Source: an uncultured delta proteobacterium
GTDB taxonomy: Bacteria > Myxococcota_A > Polyangia > Polyangiales > Polyangiaceae
DNA: 64,000 nt
Reading direction: 5' to 3'
Assembly (NCBI GenBank): GCA_963806225.1
Contig: CAWDXG010000004.1
Coordinates: 3,680,001 to 3,744,000 of the forward strand
Under the pieces are notes generated by a model. The model worked only from the letters and a program-made list of their open reading frames with translations. It did no database searches and was not told the origin of the DNA. Both the position numbers and the translations under genes were made by a program. How positions within the stretch are numbered: the first letter of the stretch is position 1; every line of letters begins with the position of its first letter. Below are positions 48,374 through 58,354 of the stretch, piece after piece.

Positions 48374-49018
48374 CTAGCGCCCGCGCTTGCCGGCGCTCGA
48401 CCAGCGATGGCCGATGTCCACCGCAGCGCGCACGAGCGCCGCGACGGTCGACAGCACCTCGGGCGGGATGCGCCCGATGAGTCGCTCGAGATCGATGGGC
48501 CCTTCGAGATCGGGCAACAGGCGGTCGAACACATCGCCGAACAGCGCATACTTGCGGCCGAGGTCGTCGAGGCGGCCGCGCAGCGCTGCCGCCTCGGGTC
48601 CGTCGGCATCCCCGAGCAGCGTGAGCGCGCGCTGGACGAGGGCGCGTTTGTCGGCGGTAACCCGGCGCACACGCGTGATGTAGGCCCCGACGATCACGTC
48701 CGGATAGGCGCCCTGGAGCGTGAACAGGTCGTGGCGCGATCCGGGCTCGCGGCTGCGCTCGACGATGCGGGCCTCCTCGAGCGCGCGCAGGTTGCCGAAG
48801 ATGTTGCTCTTGGAGCGGCCGAGCTCTGCCGAGAGCTGATCCATCGAGCGCGGCTCGTCCGCCAGGTAGAGCGCGGCGACGATCTGCCCGCCGAGGCGCG
48901 TGATGCCAGGAAACGACGCCGCCACTTCCTTGCCGACGCCTTCGAGCAACGCGTGACGTGCGGCCGCGACCGGCTCGTCGGGACGCGCGTCGGCGGAGGA
49001 GCGTCGCGGCCCGGTCAC
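48374..49018 (-). CDS. GbsR/MarR-family transcriptional regulator
   Basis: GQIVAALYLADEPRSMDQLSAELGRSKSNIFGNLRALE wHTH. Confidence 0.8.
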   Translation of the reverse strand: MTGPRRSSADARPDEPVAAARHALLEGVGKEVAASFPGITRLGGQIVAALYLADEPRSMDQLSAELGRSKSNIFGNLRALEEARIVERSREPGSRHDLFTLQGAYPDVIVGAYITRVRRVTADKRALVQRALTLLGDADGPEAAALRGRLDDLGRKYALFGDVFDRLLPDLEGPIDLERLIGRIPPEVLSTVAALVRAAVDIGHRWSSAGKRGR

Positions 49019-49020
49019 GG

Positions 49021-50619
49021 CTACGACTCCGGACGGCGCGGTCGGCGGCGCCGGCGGCGGCGAGCGGGGCGCTCGGTCGCACCCTCCACACCCTCGGGCG
49101 CAGGTTCTAGCAGCGAAACCTTGCCGCGCGCGGCCTGGCTCAACTCGATCACCTCGTGCGCAAAGGGATATAGCGGCGTCTTCGAGAAGCGCCCCGGGCG
49201 CCCGGCTTCCAGACGCGGAAGCACTGCTACGATCCGTCGCACGGCATCGGCGATGCGGCGCGGCACGTTGAGCCGGTCGACTGCCACCTCCATGAAGTCG
49301 TGCGCGGCATCCAGACGATCGCGCACGCCGCTGCAGGCCTCCCGCATGGGCTCGAGCAGCAGGATCGTGAAGAGCACGACGTCGTCGAGTGGAGCGCCGC
49401 GCTCGGCGGTGCGGCGATCGACCTGGCTCAAGAGACGCCACATCAGACCGTGGCTCTCTTCCACGTCGGACAGGTAGGCCGCGAGCTCGGGCAACAGTAC
49501 GTCGAGCACGCCCGTTTCCCAGGCAAGCCAGATCGATCGATGCGCGGCGCCGCCGCGCATGAGCCTGAGGAGCTCCTCGAACAGACGAGGGCGCGCCGCC
49601 ATCGCCAGCGCGCCCCGGCAATGCACGATGGCGTCGTACACATCGGGGGTAATGCCGAAATCGAGCCGCGCGCTGAACTTGATCGCGCGCAGGATGCGCA
49701 CGGGATCCTCGAGGAACCGCACGACGGGGTCGCCGATGGTGTGCACGGCGCGCCGCTCGATGTGGGGCATCCCGCCCACCCAGTCGAGCACCTGGCGTCG
49801 CTCGAGATCGTAGAACAGACCGTTGATCGTGAAGTCCCGCCGCGCTGCGTCCTCGTGCGCGTCACCGAACACGTTGTCGTTGCGGATCAGCAGGTCCTCG
49901 CCGTTCTTGTCTTCATCCTGCTGGGGGCTGCGGCGGAAGGTGGCCGTCTCGATCACCTTGCCGCCCCCGAACAGCACGTGCACCAGACGGAAGCGGCGGC
50001 CGATGATGCGCGAGTTGCGGAACAGGCGCCGCACGTCGTCCGGGCGGGCGCTGGTGGCGACGTTGAAGTCCTTCGGAGAACGATGGACGAGCAGATCCCG
50101 GACGCAGCCGCCCACGAGGTAGGCTTCGTAGCCGTGCCGGGTGAGGCGCCGGACAACCTTGGCGGCATCGTCGTCGACGCGCTCCTCGTCCAGCTCCACG
50201 GGATACACGACCGGCTGCTCCTGCCACTCGGGCCGGCGCGAGCTCCGCGGCGGTTCGCCGTCGCGGGCCTCGCTGCGCGCTCTCTCGCTGCGCGGCCTTT
50301 CGCTGCGCGACCGCTCGCTGCGCGACTCCCCGCTGCGTTGCGCGTCGGCGGCCTCGCTGCGGGCACGCCGGGCCCTGCGGCGCTCCGCGCGGCGCTCCTC
50401 CGCTTTGAGCGAGGTATTGTCAGCAGGCGTGACGCGGCGCGTCATGTGTTCCTCGTTGGTCCCCTCCGCGGAGGCCTTCCGGCGGCTGGGCCGGGCTTTC
50501 GTGGTCCGCCTTGCGGTTCGCTCTTCCGGGCGCTCTCGCCTGCTGGAAGGCTCTTTCTGATCTGCGCTAGGGGGCGTCGTCGTACGTCCCATCTGGCCTC
50601 GGGCGTCTGCGGAGCTCAC
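49021..50619 (-). CDS. pcnB: Poly(A) polymerase I; start may be downstream (e.g. ATG near 50592)
   Basis: LVGGCVRD, IIGRRFRLVHV PAP signature, RRDFTINGL, RFLEDPVRILRA; basic tails. Confidence 0.9.
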   Translation of the reverse strand: MSSADARGQMGRTTTPPSADQKEPSSRRERPEERTARRTTKARPSRRKASAEGTNEEHMTRRVTPADNTSLKAEERRAERRRARRARSEAADAQRSGESRSERSRSERPRSERARSEARDGEPPRSSRRPEWQEQPVVYPVELDEERVDDDAAKVVRRLTRHGYEAYLVGGCVRDLLVHRSPKDFNVATSARPDDVRRLFRNSRIIGRRFRLVHVLFGGGKVIETATFRRSPQQDEDKNGEDLLIRNDNVFGDAHEDAARRDFTINGLFYDLERRQVLDWVGGMPHIERRAVHTIGDPVVRFLEDPVRILRAIKFSARLDFGITPDVYDAIVHCRGALAMAARPRLFEELLRLMRGGAAHRSIWLAWETGVLDVLLPELAAYLSDVEESHGLMWRLLSQVDRRTAERGAPLDDVVLFTILLLEPMREACSGVRDRLDAAHDFMEVAVDRLNVPRRIADAVRRIVAVLPRLEAGRPGRFSKTPLYPFAHEVIELSQAARGKVSLLEPAPEGVEGATERPARRRRRRRPRRPES

Positions 50620-50719
50620 GTGCGGAGCTCACGCCATGCCGCCGCAGGAAATCTCTGTCGAGGCGTTTAGCAGGCTCCCGGTCCGGAAACCAGCCCGCAC
50701 CCCCAGGTGCGCGGACTCG

Positions 50720-52651
50720 CTAGCGCGGCAAGCTGGAAGCGCGACGCGGAGCGCGCGGCACGACCGCCGCGGCGCTGCGGCGAGCCGAGCCGGCTCCAAG
50801 CCGCCGCAAAGCCCGACATACGACCGGATCGCGACAGGGGCCGACCCGGCCGCGATCGCTCGGCCACGCCGGGCCGCCGACCTGGCTGCGCCGGCGCACG
50901 TCCGGACCCCGCCAGCGGGGCAGGGTGTCGGCCAGACGCTTCTCGGAATCGCGCACGGGAGCCAGGCCCAGGTGGATGTCGGGGACCAGCCCGACGTGCT
51001 GGAGCGGCGCGCCATCGGGCAACGCGAAAAGCATCGTGGTGAGCCGGAGCACACCGAGCCCGGAGCGATCGTCGAAGTACTCCTGGATGCAGCCCTTGCC
51101 GAAAGTCCGCGAACCCACCACCGGACCCCGGCGGTAGCTGCCGAGCGCACCGGCGATCATCTCCGCGGCGCTCGCTGTGTAGCCGTCGACCAGGCTGGCG
51201 ACGGGGCCATGCCACTGCGAGTCGGCTGCAGACGCGCGCGCCCGTTGGACTTCCAGCGCTCCTCCACGATGACGCAGCGGGAAGCTGGGGGCGCCGGGCA
51301 GGAACACGCCGATCGCACCCGCAGCCCCGTCGGTCGAGCCACCGCCATTTCCGCGCAGGTCGAGCAGGATCCCCTGCGGTGGTTTCCCGCTCCTGGCGTC
51401 AGCAACCAGCCTGGCCAGTTCGTCACCCAGACCGTCCGGCACGTCGGGTACAGACACGACGAGCACGTTGCCATTTCCATAGGGCACGCGAATGGCGTCG
51501 AGCTGGGGCTCGGGCGGCGAGTCGTCCCCGGCGCCCGGAAGCTCGACGTCGACCTTGACCGGAGAGGCCGCAGCGCGGCGCAAGAGCTCGACGCTGCGCG
51601 AGCTCTCGCCGCCGACAGCTTCGAGCCGTGACAGCTGTTCAACCTGCTCCACGCTCAGTCCAGCGGTGGGAATACCTCCCACCGCGAGCACGAGATCGCC
51701 GACGCGCAGCGGCGAAGCGGGGTCCTCGACGATGCGGACGCCCACCGGCGTCCGCATCATCTGCCCCCAGAGCCGGGGACCGGTATCCACAGTCGCGTCC
51801 GCAGCGTAGAGCGACCACTCCTCGTCCAGCGGAGCCCACTGACCGTGCGCGTCGATCGCGGGCACGTAGGCGCGCACCGCGGCCGCCAGCACGATGCCGG
51901 TCCAGCGATCGATCCCGAGCGTCGGCAGTAGCCGCTCGGCAGCGTCCCCTTCAACCTTCTCGCCGGCCTTGCCGTAGGCTTTGGCGAAGCTGCCTGCGCG
52001 GGTTCCAAGCTCCGCCGCCAGCTGGCGAGCCGGACGCGTGACGGGATCGTCCTGGAAGATGCCGCGGCTGTCGAGCGCGAAGGTTCGCCGCCGCGACAGC
52101 CGGGGAGCCGCCTTCTCCGCCGCATCGAAATCGCCGCGCAGCGACTCGACCCAGGTCTGGGTCACGCCGGCGATCTCGCGTGCCGCAGCACACGGAGCCG
52201 CGTCGCGCGGCGAGCGCTCGATCTCCGCTATCAGGGGCGCCGCCAGCGAGCGGATGCTGCGCGCAGCGGGCGCATCTGGGGCCGCGGACCACAGTCCGTG
52301 CGGATCAAGCCAACCGATCACCGCCTGGGCGAAGGACTCCGGATCCGGATGGCCCGCAGGCTCCGCGATGCGCCCGCGCACCTGGGTGATCACCCGCCGC
52401 GCGTCCCGGCACGAGAGCTCGGTGGGCGTGCCACCCGGCATTTTCAGCGGACGCACCGAGCAGAACGCGTCCGGATCGGGGCGCGAGGACGGAGCGGCCA
52501 GAGGAGGCGCCTTGGCCGGGGCGCGCACCACGGAACCGCTCGGCAGAGGCCGCTGCCGCGGGACCGGATTCCGCACCAACGCAGCAAAAGCCCCCAACGC
52601 CGCCGCGCCGGCCAGCACCACCACCGAAAGTAGACGAGCGCGACGGGCCAT
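50720..52651 (-). CDS. S41 carboxy-terminal processing protease
   Basis: DLRGNGGG, TASAAE (Ser), TFGKG (Lys), GLVPD. Confidence 0.88.
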   Translation of the reverse strand: MARRARLLSVVVLAGAAALGAFAALVRNPVPRQRPLPSGSVVRAPAKAPPLAAPSSRPDPDAFCSVRPLKMPGGTPTELSCRDARRVITQVRGRIAEPAGHPDPESFAQAVIGWLDPHGLWSAAPDAPAARSIRSLAAPLIAEIERSPRDAAPCAAAREIAGVTQTWVESLRGDFDAAEKAAPRLSRRRTFALDSRGIFQDDPVTRPARQLAAELGTRAGSFAKAYGKAGEKVEGDAAERLLPTLGIDRWTGIVLAAAVRAYVPAIDAHGQWAPLDEEWSLYAADATVDTGPRLWGQMMRTPVGVRIVEDPASPLRVGDLVLAVGGIPTAGLSVEQVEQLSRLEAVGGESSRSVELLRRAAASPVKVDVELPGAGDDSPPEPQLDAIRVPYGNGNVLVVSVPDVPDGLGDELARLVADARSGKPPQGILLDLRGNGGGSTDGAAGAIGVFLPGAPSFPLRHRGGALEVQRARASAADSQWHGPVASLVDGYTASAAEMIAGALGSYRRGPVVGSRTFGKGCIQEYFDDRSGLGVLRLTTMLFALPDGAPLQHVGLVPDIHLGLAPVRDSEKRLADTLPRWRGPDVRRRSQVGGPAWPSDRGRVGPCRDPVVCRALRRLGAGSARRSAAAVVPRAPRRASSLPR

Positions 52652-52733
52652 GGGAACGGAGATGGTAGCACCGGCCGCAACCTACGGCGGAAAACGGGGA
52701 GATTTCCGGGGTCGTGGAGGCTATCTTCGCCGC

Positions 52734-53222
52734 GTGCTCGACGCCATCGTGCTGCTCGGATGCCGTATCGGTCCGGGCGGAAGACCCGCCGCCGCCGCCC
52801 GGCGACGCGCCCAGCGCGCAGCCCGCGCCTGGCACGAAGGGGTTGCGCCCGTGATCGTGGCGAGCGGCGGCCGCCGCTGGCACGGCGTGGCCGAGACCGA
52901 AGCGCTCGGCAGGGAGCTGGTCGCGCTGGGCGTCGACCCCGGCGCCATCATCGGGGAATGGCGATCGCTGACGACGCTCGGCAATGCCGTCTACTCGGCG
53001 GAGCTGCTGCGCGCGCGCGGCAGCCGGCGCATCGGCGTGGTGACGTGCGACTGGCACATGCCCCGTGCGCTGGCGAGCTTCCGGCTGGTCGGGCTCGAGG
53101 CGGCCGCGCTGCCCGCCGCATCACCGCCAGTGCCGGTGACGCGCCGCTTGCTGCGCGCCCTCAGGGAGCGCGGTAGCTGGTGGCTGACCCGTATCGCCAA
53201 GCGAGGCCCGGAATCGGCGTGA
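52734..53222 (+). CDS. YdcF/DUF218 family protein
   Basis: DAIVLLG, VASGG, SLTTLGNA, VTCDWHMPRA. Confidence 0.85.
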   Translation: MLDAIVLLGCRIGPGGRPAAAARRRAQRAARAWHEGVAPVIVASGGRRWHGVAETEALGRELVALGVDPGAIIGEWRSLTTLGNAVYSAELLRARGSRRIGVVTCDWHMPRALASFRLVGLEAAALPAASPPVPVTRRLLRALRERGSWWLTRIAKRGPESA

Positions 53223-55444
53223 AGAGGCCGGCGCTGGCGCTCTTGTTCGCCCTGCTTCCCGCGTGCCGGGGCTGCGGCCGCAGCAACGGCTCGTCGGTCG
53301 CGAGCGCCGTGACTCCCGCGTCCGCCGCGGCATCGGCCGGGGCGAAGCCCGCGCCGGCGGAAGTGCGCGCGCGGATCAAGGCGCTGCTCTCCGCCGAAGC
53401 ACGTCGCGACTCGAAAGCCGTCAGGGACAGCGATCTGAGCAACCGCGCAGTCGACGTGCGGCGCCACGCGGCCCGGGCACTGGCCCGCATCGGTGGCGCG
53501 CGCGCCGAAGAGCTGCTCTCCCCCCTGCTGTCCGACGAGGATCCCCAGGTCGTCGCCTGGGCAGCCTTCGGTCTGGGGCGGGGTTGCCGGGGACACGAAC
53601 GCACGACGGTGCGCGAGCTGGTGTCGCGCGCCGCCGCGCTCGGGGAAACGCCGGCGCAGCCGCGGAGCGGCGAAGCACCGTTGGATCCGGTCGCCGCAAT
53701 CGCCGACGCGCTGGGCCGCTGCGGCAGCAGCGAAGCCGAACGCACCCTGCGCGCGTGGCTGGACGGACCGAAGACGCGCGCGGAAGCCGCGGCACTCGCG
53801 CTGGGTACGCTCGCGGCGCAGAAGAAGCGACTCGACGACGCGACGGTCGTCGCCCTGCTGGACGCGGCAAGCCGCAAGGACAAACCCCTCGACAACGCGC
53901 TGTTCCCGATCGGCCGCCTCGGCTCGCTGAACGAGCCCGTCCAGACCCGGCTCCTGGCGGTCGCCGACAAGACGCTCGCCGACAGCAAGGGCGCCGCGGC
54001 ACGGTTCGCGGTGCGCGCGCTGGGGCACGCGGGCGACGCGGCGGTCGAGCCGCTCTCGAGGTTACTGGTCGACGCCCACGCTGCGACAGGCGCGCGCGCC
54101 GACGCCGCGCGTGAGCTCGCGCGGTTCGGCGACAGCGGACAGAAGGCGCTCGCCGGCGCACTGGCAAAGCTCGCTCCGACGACGAAGACCGCCGACGCGC
54201 GACATCTCGTCTCGCCCGGGTGGGGGCCACTGGTCGCAACTCTGGACGCGCTCGAGTTTCCCGCGCGCGCCGCCAAGGACGAACTGTCGAGACTCGCCGA
54301 GCTTCCCATACCCGACAACGCCTCGGCCGCATTGAAGAGGCGCATCGTGAAGCTACGCTGCGGCTCGGCGGCGTTGCTCGCGGGCACCGCGAGCCTGGCG
54401 TCGAGACTGGTAGCCTGCGACCCGGACCCGGACGGACGCACCGGAGCGCTGGCCGTGCTCCAGGTGCTCGGTCGGGGCCAGCTCACCCAGGCGCGCTACC
54501 GGCGCTGGAAGACGTTCGCCATGTCCGGGGATCCGGTCGTGCGGCAGGCCGCACTCGAGCTGATGCCGACCCACCCGGAGATCGCTCACCCGGAACAGCT
54601 GCTCTTGTCCGCGTTGGACGCGAAGCAGGCGGGAACGGTCGCGACCGCTGCCCAGGTGCTGGCTGGGTTCCCCGATCGCGCCCAGGCACAACGGCCAGAG
54701 CATCCGGTCGCAGAGGACGGCGGAGCACCTCCGGCCGTCGCCGTGAAGCCGGCGCCGGCGCTGGTGAAGGCGTTGACCGGTGCGTTCGACGCGAAGCGAC
54801 CTCCGGACGCGATAGAGGTGCGCTGCTCGCTGATGGACGCGGCTGCGGCGCTGCAGCTCCTGGCGTTCAAGCCGAAGATCGACCCGTACTGTCACGACCC
54901 GAATCCAACGTTGCGGCAGCACGCGCAGAAGGCACTGCGGCAGCTGGGCAATCGAGGCCGGAAGTGCGACAGCTTCACCCCGCCGAAGAAGGCACCGCCG
55001 GAGCTTTCGCGCGTGCCGGCGCACGAGGTGAAGCTCGAGCTGCAGACCGACGTCGGCACGCTGGATCTCCGGCTCGATCCGGATCTCGCGCCGGTCACCA
55101 CGTCGCGCGTCGTCGAGCTGGCGCGCGCGGGCTTCTACGACAACGTGATCGTGCACCGCGTGGTTCCGGGGTTTGTCGTGCAGTTCGGCGACCCGGAAGG
55201 GGACGGCTACGGCGGCGCGGGCCGTCAGCCGCTGCCCAACGAGGACTCGCCCCGCGTGTTCGAGCCGCTGGGCGTCGGCGTGGCGCTGGCCGGTCCGGAC
55301 ACCGGATCCAGCCAGCTCTTCGTCACGCTGGGCCCCTACCCGCACCTCGACGGCAGCTACCCGCTGGTGGGCCGGGCTGGCGGGAACTGGGATCGACTCG
55401 CTGTCGGCGATGTCATCCACAAGACGACCGTCGGCGAACCCTGA
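53219..55444 (+). CDS. HEAT-repeat lipoprotein with C-terminal cyclophilin-type PPIase
   Basis: LLPAC lipobox-like, HEAT-like helices, GFYDNVIVHRVVPGFVVQFGD, GSSQLFVT, PHLDG. Confidence 0.88.
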   Translation: MKRPALALLFALLPACRGCGRSNGSSVASAVTPASAAASAGAKPAPAEVRARIKALLSAEARRDSKAVRDSDLSNRAVDVRRHAARALARIGGARAEELLSPLLSDEDPQVVAWAAFGLGRGCRGHERTTVRELVSRAAALGETPAQPRSGEAPLDPVAAIADALGRCGSSEAERTLRAWLDGPKTRAEAAALALGTLAAQKKRLDDATVVALLDAASRKDKPLDNALFPIGRLGSLNEPVQTRLLAVADKTLADSKGAAARFAVRALGHAGDAAVEPLSRLLVDAHAATGARADAARELARFGDSGQKALAGALAKLAPTTKTADARHLVSPGWGPLVATLDALEFPARAAKDELSRLAELPIPDNASAALKRRIVKLRCGSAALLAGTASLASRLVACDPDPDGRTGALAVLQVLGRGQLTQARYRRWKTFAMSGDPVVRQAALELMPTHPEIAHPEQLLLSALDAKQAGTVATAAQVLAGFPDRAQAQRPEHPVAEDGGAPPAVAVKPAPALVKALTGAFDAKRPPDAIEVRCSLMDAAAALQLLAFKPKIDPYCHDPNPTLRQHAQKALRQLGNRGRKCDSFTPPKKAPPELSRVPAHEVKLELQTDVGTLDLRLDPDLAPVTTSRVVELARAGFYDNVIVHRVVPGFVVQFGDPEGDGYGGAGRQPLPNEDSPRVFEPLGVGVALAGPDTGSSQLFVTLGPYPHLDGSYPLVGRAGGNWDRLAVGDVIHKTTVGEP

Positions 55445-55533
55445 CGTGTTTCATCGGAAACTCCGTTGCAACCATGTTGGTGCTGGATCTGTCGCCGGGG
55501 CTTTGGCAGCATCGGGCCCTCGTGGGAGGCGAC

Positions 55534-56463
55534 ATGCTCGAAACCAGCAGCGGCTATGGCGGTGGTCCGCCGGGATACGGACAGCCACCGGGCGGATACG
55601 GACAACCCCCCGGACAACCCCCGGGTGGCTACGGACCGCCGGGACAGCCGCCGGGCGGCTACCCACCTCCGGGACAACCCCCCGGCGGCTACGGTCCTCC
55701 TCCGGGAGGCTTCACGCCGCCGCCCGCACCGGGCGGCTACCCGGGCGCGGGCGCGCCAGGTGGCGGCGCCCCCGGCGCGTGGTCCGCGACCGAAGCGTTG
55801 GGATACGCGTGGAACGCGATCACGAAGGACTTCGGCAACGTTGGCCTGCCTCTGGTCGCAGGCTTCTTCATCCTGGGGCTCCCCGCCGGCATCGTCAGCG
55901 GTATCCGCTCCGCGGTCGTCGGCGCAATGGCGGCCAGCAACAGCATGGATTTCCAGACGATCCAGCTCATCAACATCGGCTCGACGCCGATCGTGCTCTT
56001 GTTCAACGCGCTCGCGCAGGCGTTCATGCTCGGCGGCATCGTCAGCTTCGCGCTGAAGGTCGCCCGCGGACAGAAGCCACAGTTCGGCGAGATTTTCCAG
56101 GGAGGCCGCTTCTTCGGGCCGATGCTGCTCGCCTCGATAATCCAGGGTTTCGGCGTGGAGTTCGGCATCGTGCTGTGCATCGTGCCGGGCGTATTCCTGG
56201 CCCTGGCGTGGATGTTCTATCCGATCATGATCGTCGAGCGCGGCGCCAGCGGCGTGGACGCGCTCAAGCAGAGCTGGCAGCTCTCGACCGGACAGAAGAT
56301 GAACCTGCTCGTCCTCGCGCTGCTGCTGTTCGTAGCCCTGATCGTGGGCCTTCTGGCCTGCTGTGTGGGCGCGCTGCTGGTGGGTCCGCTGTGGGTGCTG
56401 TCGATCGTCTTCGTGTACCTCAGGCTGACGGGCCAGGAGCCGGTACCGGTGGTCGCGGGCTGA
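55534..56463 (+). CDS. Integral membrane protein (DUF975/YciC-like) with G/P/Y-rich N-terminus
   Basis: GGAGG RBS, PPGGYG repeats, LCIVPG and DALKQSWQL motifs. Confidence 0.75.
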   Translation: MLETSSGYGGGPPGYGQPPGGYGQPPGQPPGGYGPPGQPPGGYPPPGQPPGGYGPPPGGFTPPPAPGGYPGAGAPGGGAPGAWSATEALGYAWNAITKDFGNVGLPLVAGFFILGLPAGIVSGIRSAVVGAMAASNSMDFQTIQLINIGSTPIVLLFNALAQAFMLGGIVSFALKVARGQKPQFGEIFQGGRFFGPMLLASIIQGFGVEFGIVLCIVPGVFLALAWMFYPIMIVERGASGVDALKQSWQLSTGQKMNLLVLALLLFVALIVGLLACCVGALLVGPLWVLSIVFVYLRLTGQEPVPVVAG

Positions 56464-56516
56464 AGCGCCCGCGCGTCCCGGTGGCCGGCGCAGGGCCGTT
56501 GTTCTAGGCTCGTCCC

Positions 56517-57324
56517 GTGCTCCTGGCCGTCGACATCGGCAACACCAACGTCGTCTTCGGATTGTACGAAGGCGCCACGCTGAGAAAGACCTTCCGCTCG
56601 TCCACGGTGCGCACGCGCACCGCGGACGAGTACGGCGTGCTGCTGCACCAGATGTTCGAGCTGCACGGACACGAGCCCGACTGGATAGACGCAGCGATCA
56701 TCGCCAGCGTGGTGCCGCCGCTCACCGACGTCATGGCCGACGCCCTGCGCCATGCGTTCGCGCGCGAGCCGCTGATCGTCGGCCCAGGCCTGAAGACGGG
56801 CATCTCGGTCCTGTACGAGAACCCGCGCGAAGTCGGCGCCGACCGCATCGTCAACGCCGTGGCGGCCTACGAGCGCGTGCACGGCGGCGTCATCGTCGTC
56901 GACTTCGGCACTGCGACGACCTTCGATTGCATCTCGCCGAAAGCGCGAGTACCTGGGAGGCGTCATCGTGCCGGGCATCCAGGTCAGCCTCGATGCGCTG
57001 CTAGGACGCGCCGCGAAGCTCACGCGCATCGAGATCGCCGAGCCCCCCGGGGTGGTCGGACGCAACACCACTCACGCGCTGCAGTCGGGCGTCGTATACG
57101 GCTATGCGTCAATGGTCGACGGTCTGGTCGACAAGCTGAAGGGGGAGCTTGGCTTCCCATGCGCGGTGCTCGCCACCGGCGGTCTCGCCCAGCTGATCGC
57201 GCGCCACACGGGCAGCATCGAGGCCGTGGACGAGAACCTCACGCTGGAAGGTCTGCGCATCCTGCACGAGCGCAACAGCGTACAGACCGAACCGCAGCCG
57301 ACGCGCCCGCGAGCCGCCCACTGA
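56517..57324 (+). CDS. coaX: Type III pantothenate kinase, 1-nt frameshift near 56944 (likely assembly error)
   Basis: LAVDIGNTN, VGADR, VDFGTATT in frame 1; EYLGGVIVPG, GRNT, ATGG, LTLEGL in the next frame. Confidence 0.9.
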
Positions 57325-57331
57325 GCCCGCC

Positions 57332-58339
57332 ATGGGCCGCGCGCTCGCCGTCAATCTCGCGCTGTTCGTGCTTCTGGCGGTCAGCGTGTGGCTGGCGCTC
57401 GGCTTCGGCGCGGAGCCCATCAGCATCTCCCGCGCGCTGTCCGATCCGCAGAGCCTCGACGCGACGATCCTGTTCGCCGCGCGGCTGCCGCGCGTAATGC
57501 TCGCGGCGCTGGCCGGCGCCGGCCTGGCCGTCGTGGGTGTCGCGTTCCAGGCGCTGCTCCGCAACCCGCTCGCCGATCCGTACGTGCTCGGCGTGTCGGG
57601 CGGAGCGGCCGCCGGAGCCACGCTGGCGATGCTGGCAGGCGCCAGTGCGCTGTCGCTGTTGGGAGCGGCGCTGGTCCCGGTCGCAGCTCTCGCCGGCGGT
57701 CTGCTCGCCACATTCCTCGTCTACGGCATCGCGCGCGCCGGGGGCGAGGTGTCCGGCACCACGATCGTGCTCGCCGGCGTCATCGTCAACGCGATCGCGG
57801 CGGCGGTGATCACGTTCATCAAGACGCTGGTCTCCGCGGCGAAGGCGCAGGAGCTCCTGTTCTGGCTGATGGGCTTTCTGGACGTGCCGTCCACGCGACA
57901 GCTCGTCATCACGACGATCTGGGTCGTGGCCGGCACGCTGCTGCTCGTTGCCGACTCGGGCAGGCTGAACCTCCTATCGCTCGGTCGGGAGCCGGCGGAA
58001 CACCTGGGCGTCGACGTGAAGCGGCTGGAACGGCGCGTGTTCTTCGCGGCCTCCGCGGTAGCCGGTGCCATCGTCAGCCTGACCGGGCTGATCGGCTTTG
58101 TCGGCCTCGTCGTGCCCCACGCCGTCCGGCGCCTGATCGGCCCCGATCACCGCGCGTTGATCCCGGGCTCGCTCCTGCTCGGCGCCGCAACGCTCGTCGG
58201 CTGCGACGTCGTCGCGCGCGCCGCGTTTCGCTGGCTCGGCACCGAACCGCCCGTGGGCGCCGTCACGGCGCTGATCGGCGGCCCCGTGTTCCTGGTGCTG
58301 CTGTACCGCACGCGGCACCGCGCGACCGGTTTCGCATAG
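57332..58339 (+). CDS. FecCD/BtuC-family ABC permease (iron-siderophore, heme or cobalamin)
   Basis: RLPR, FQALLRNPLADPYVLGVSGGA, GLIGFVGLVVPH. Confidence 0.93.
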   Translation: MGRALAVNLALFVLLAVSVWLALGFGAEPISISRALSDPQSLDATILFAARLPRVMLAALAGAGLAVVGVAFQALLRNPLADPYVLGVSGGAAAGATLAMLAGASALSLLGAALVPVAALAGGLLATFLVYGIARAGGEVSGTTIVLAGVIVNAIAAAVITFIKTLVSAAKAQELLFWLMGFLDVPSTRQLVITTIWVVAGTLLLVADSGRLNLLSLGREPAEHLGVDVKRLERRVFFAASAVAGAIVSLTGLIGFVGLVVPHAVRRLIGPDHRALIPGSLLLGAATLVGCDVVARAAFRWLGTEPPVGAVTALIGGPVFLVLLYRTRHRATGFA

Positions 58340-58354
58340 CGCGGCCCGAGCGCG

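Noticed and set aside
56930..56960. Programmed ribosomal frameshift in coaX
   Set aside because: No slippery heptamer or stimulatory element seen; other similar indels in the window point to assembly error
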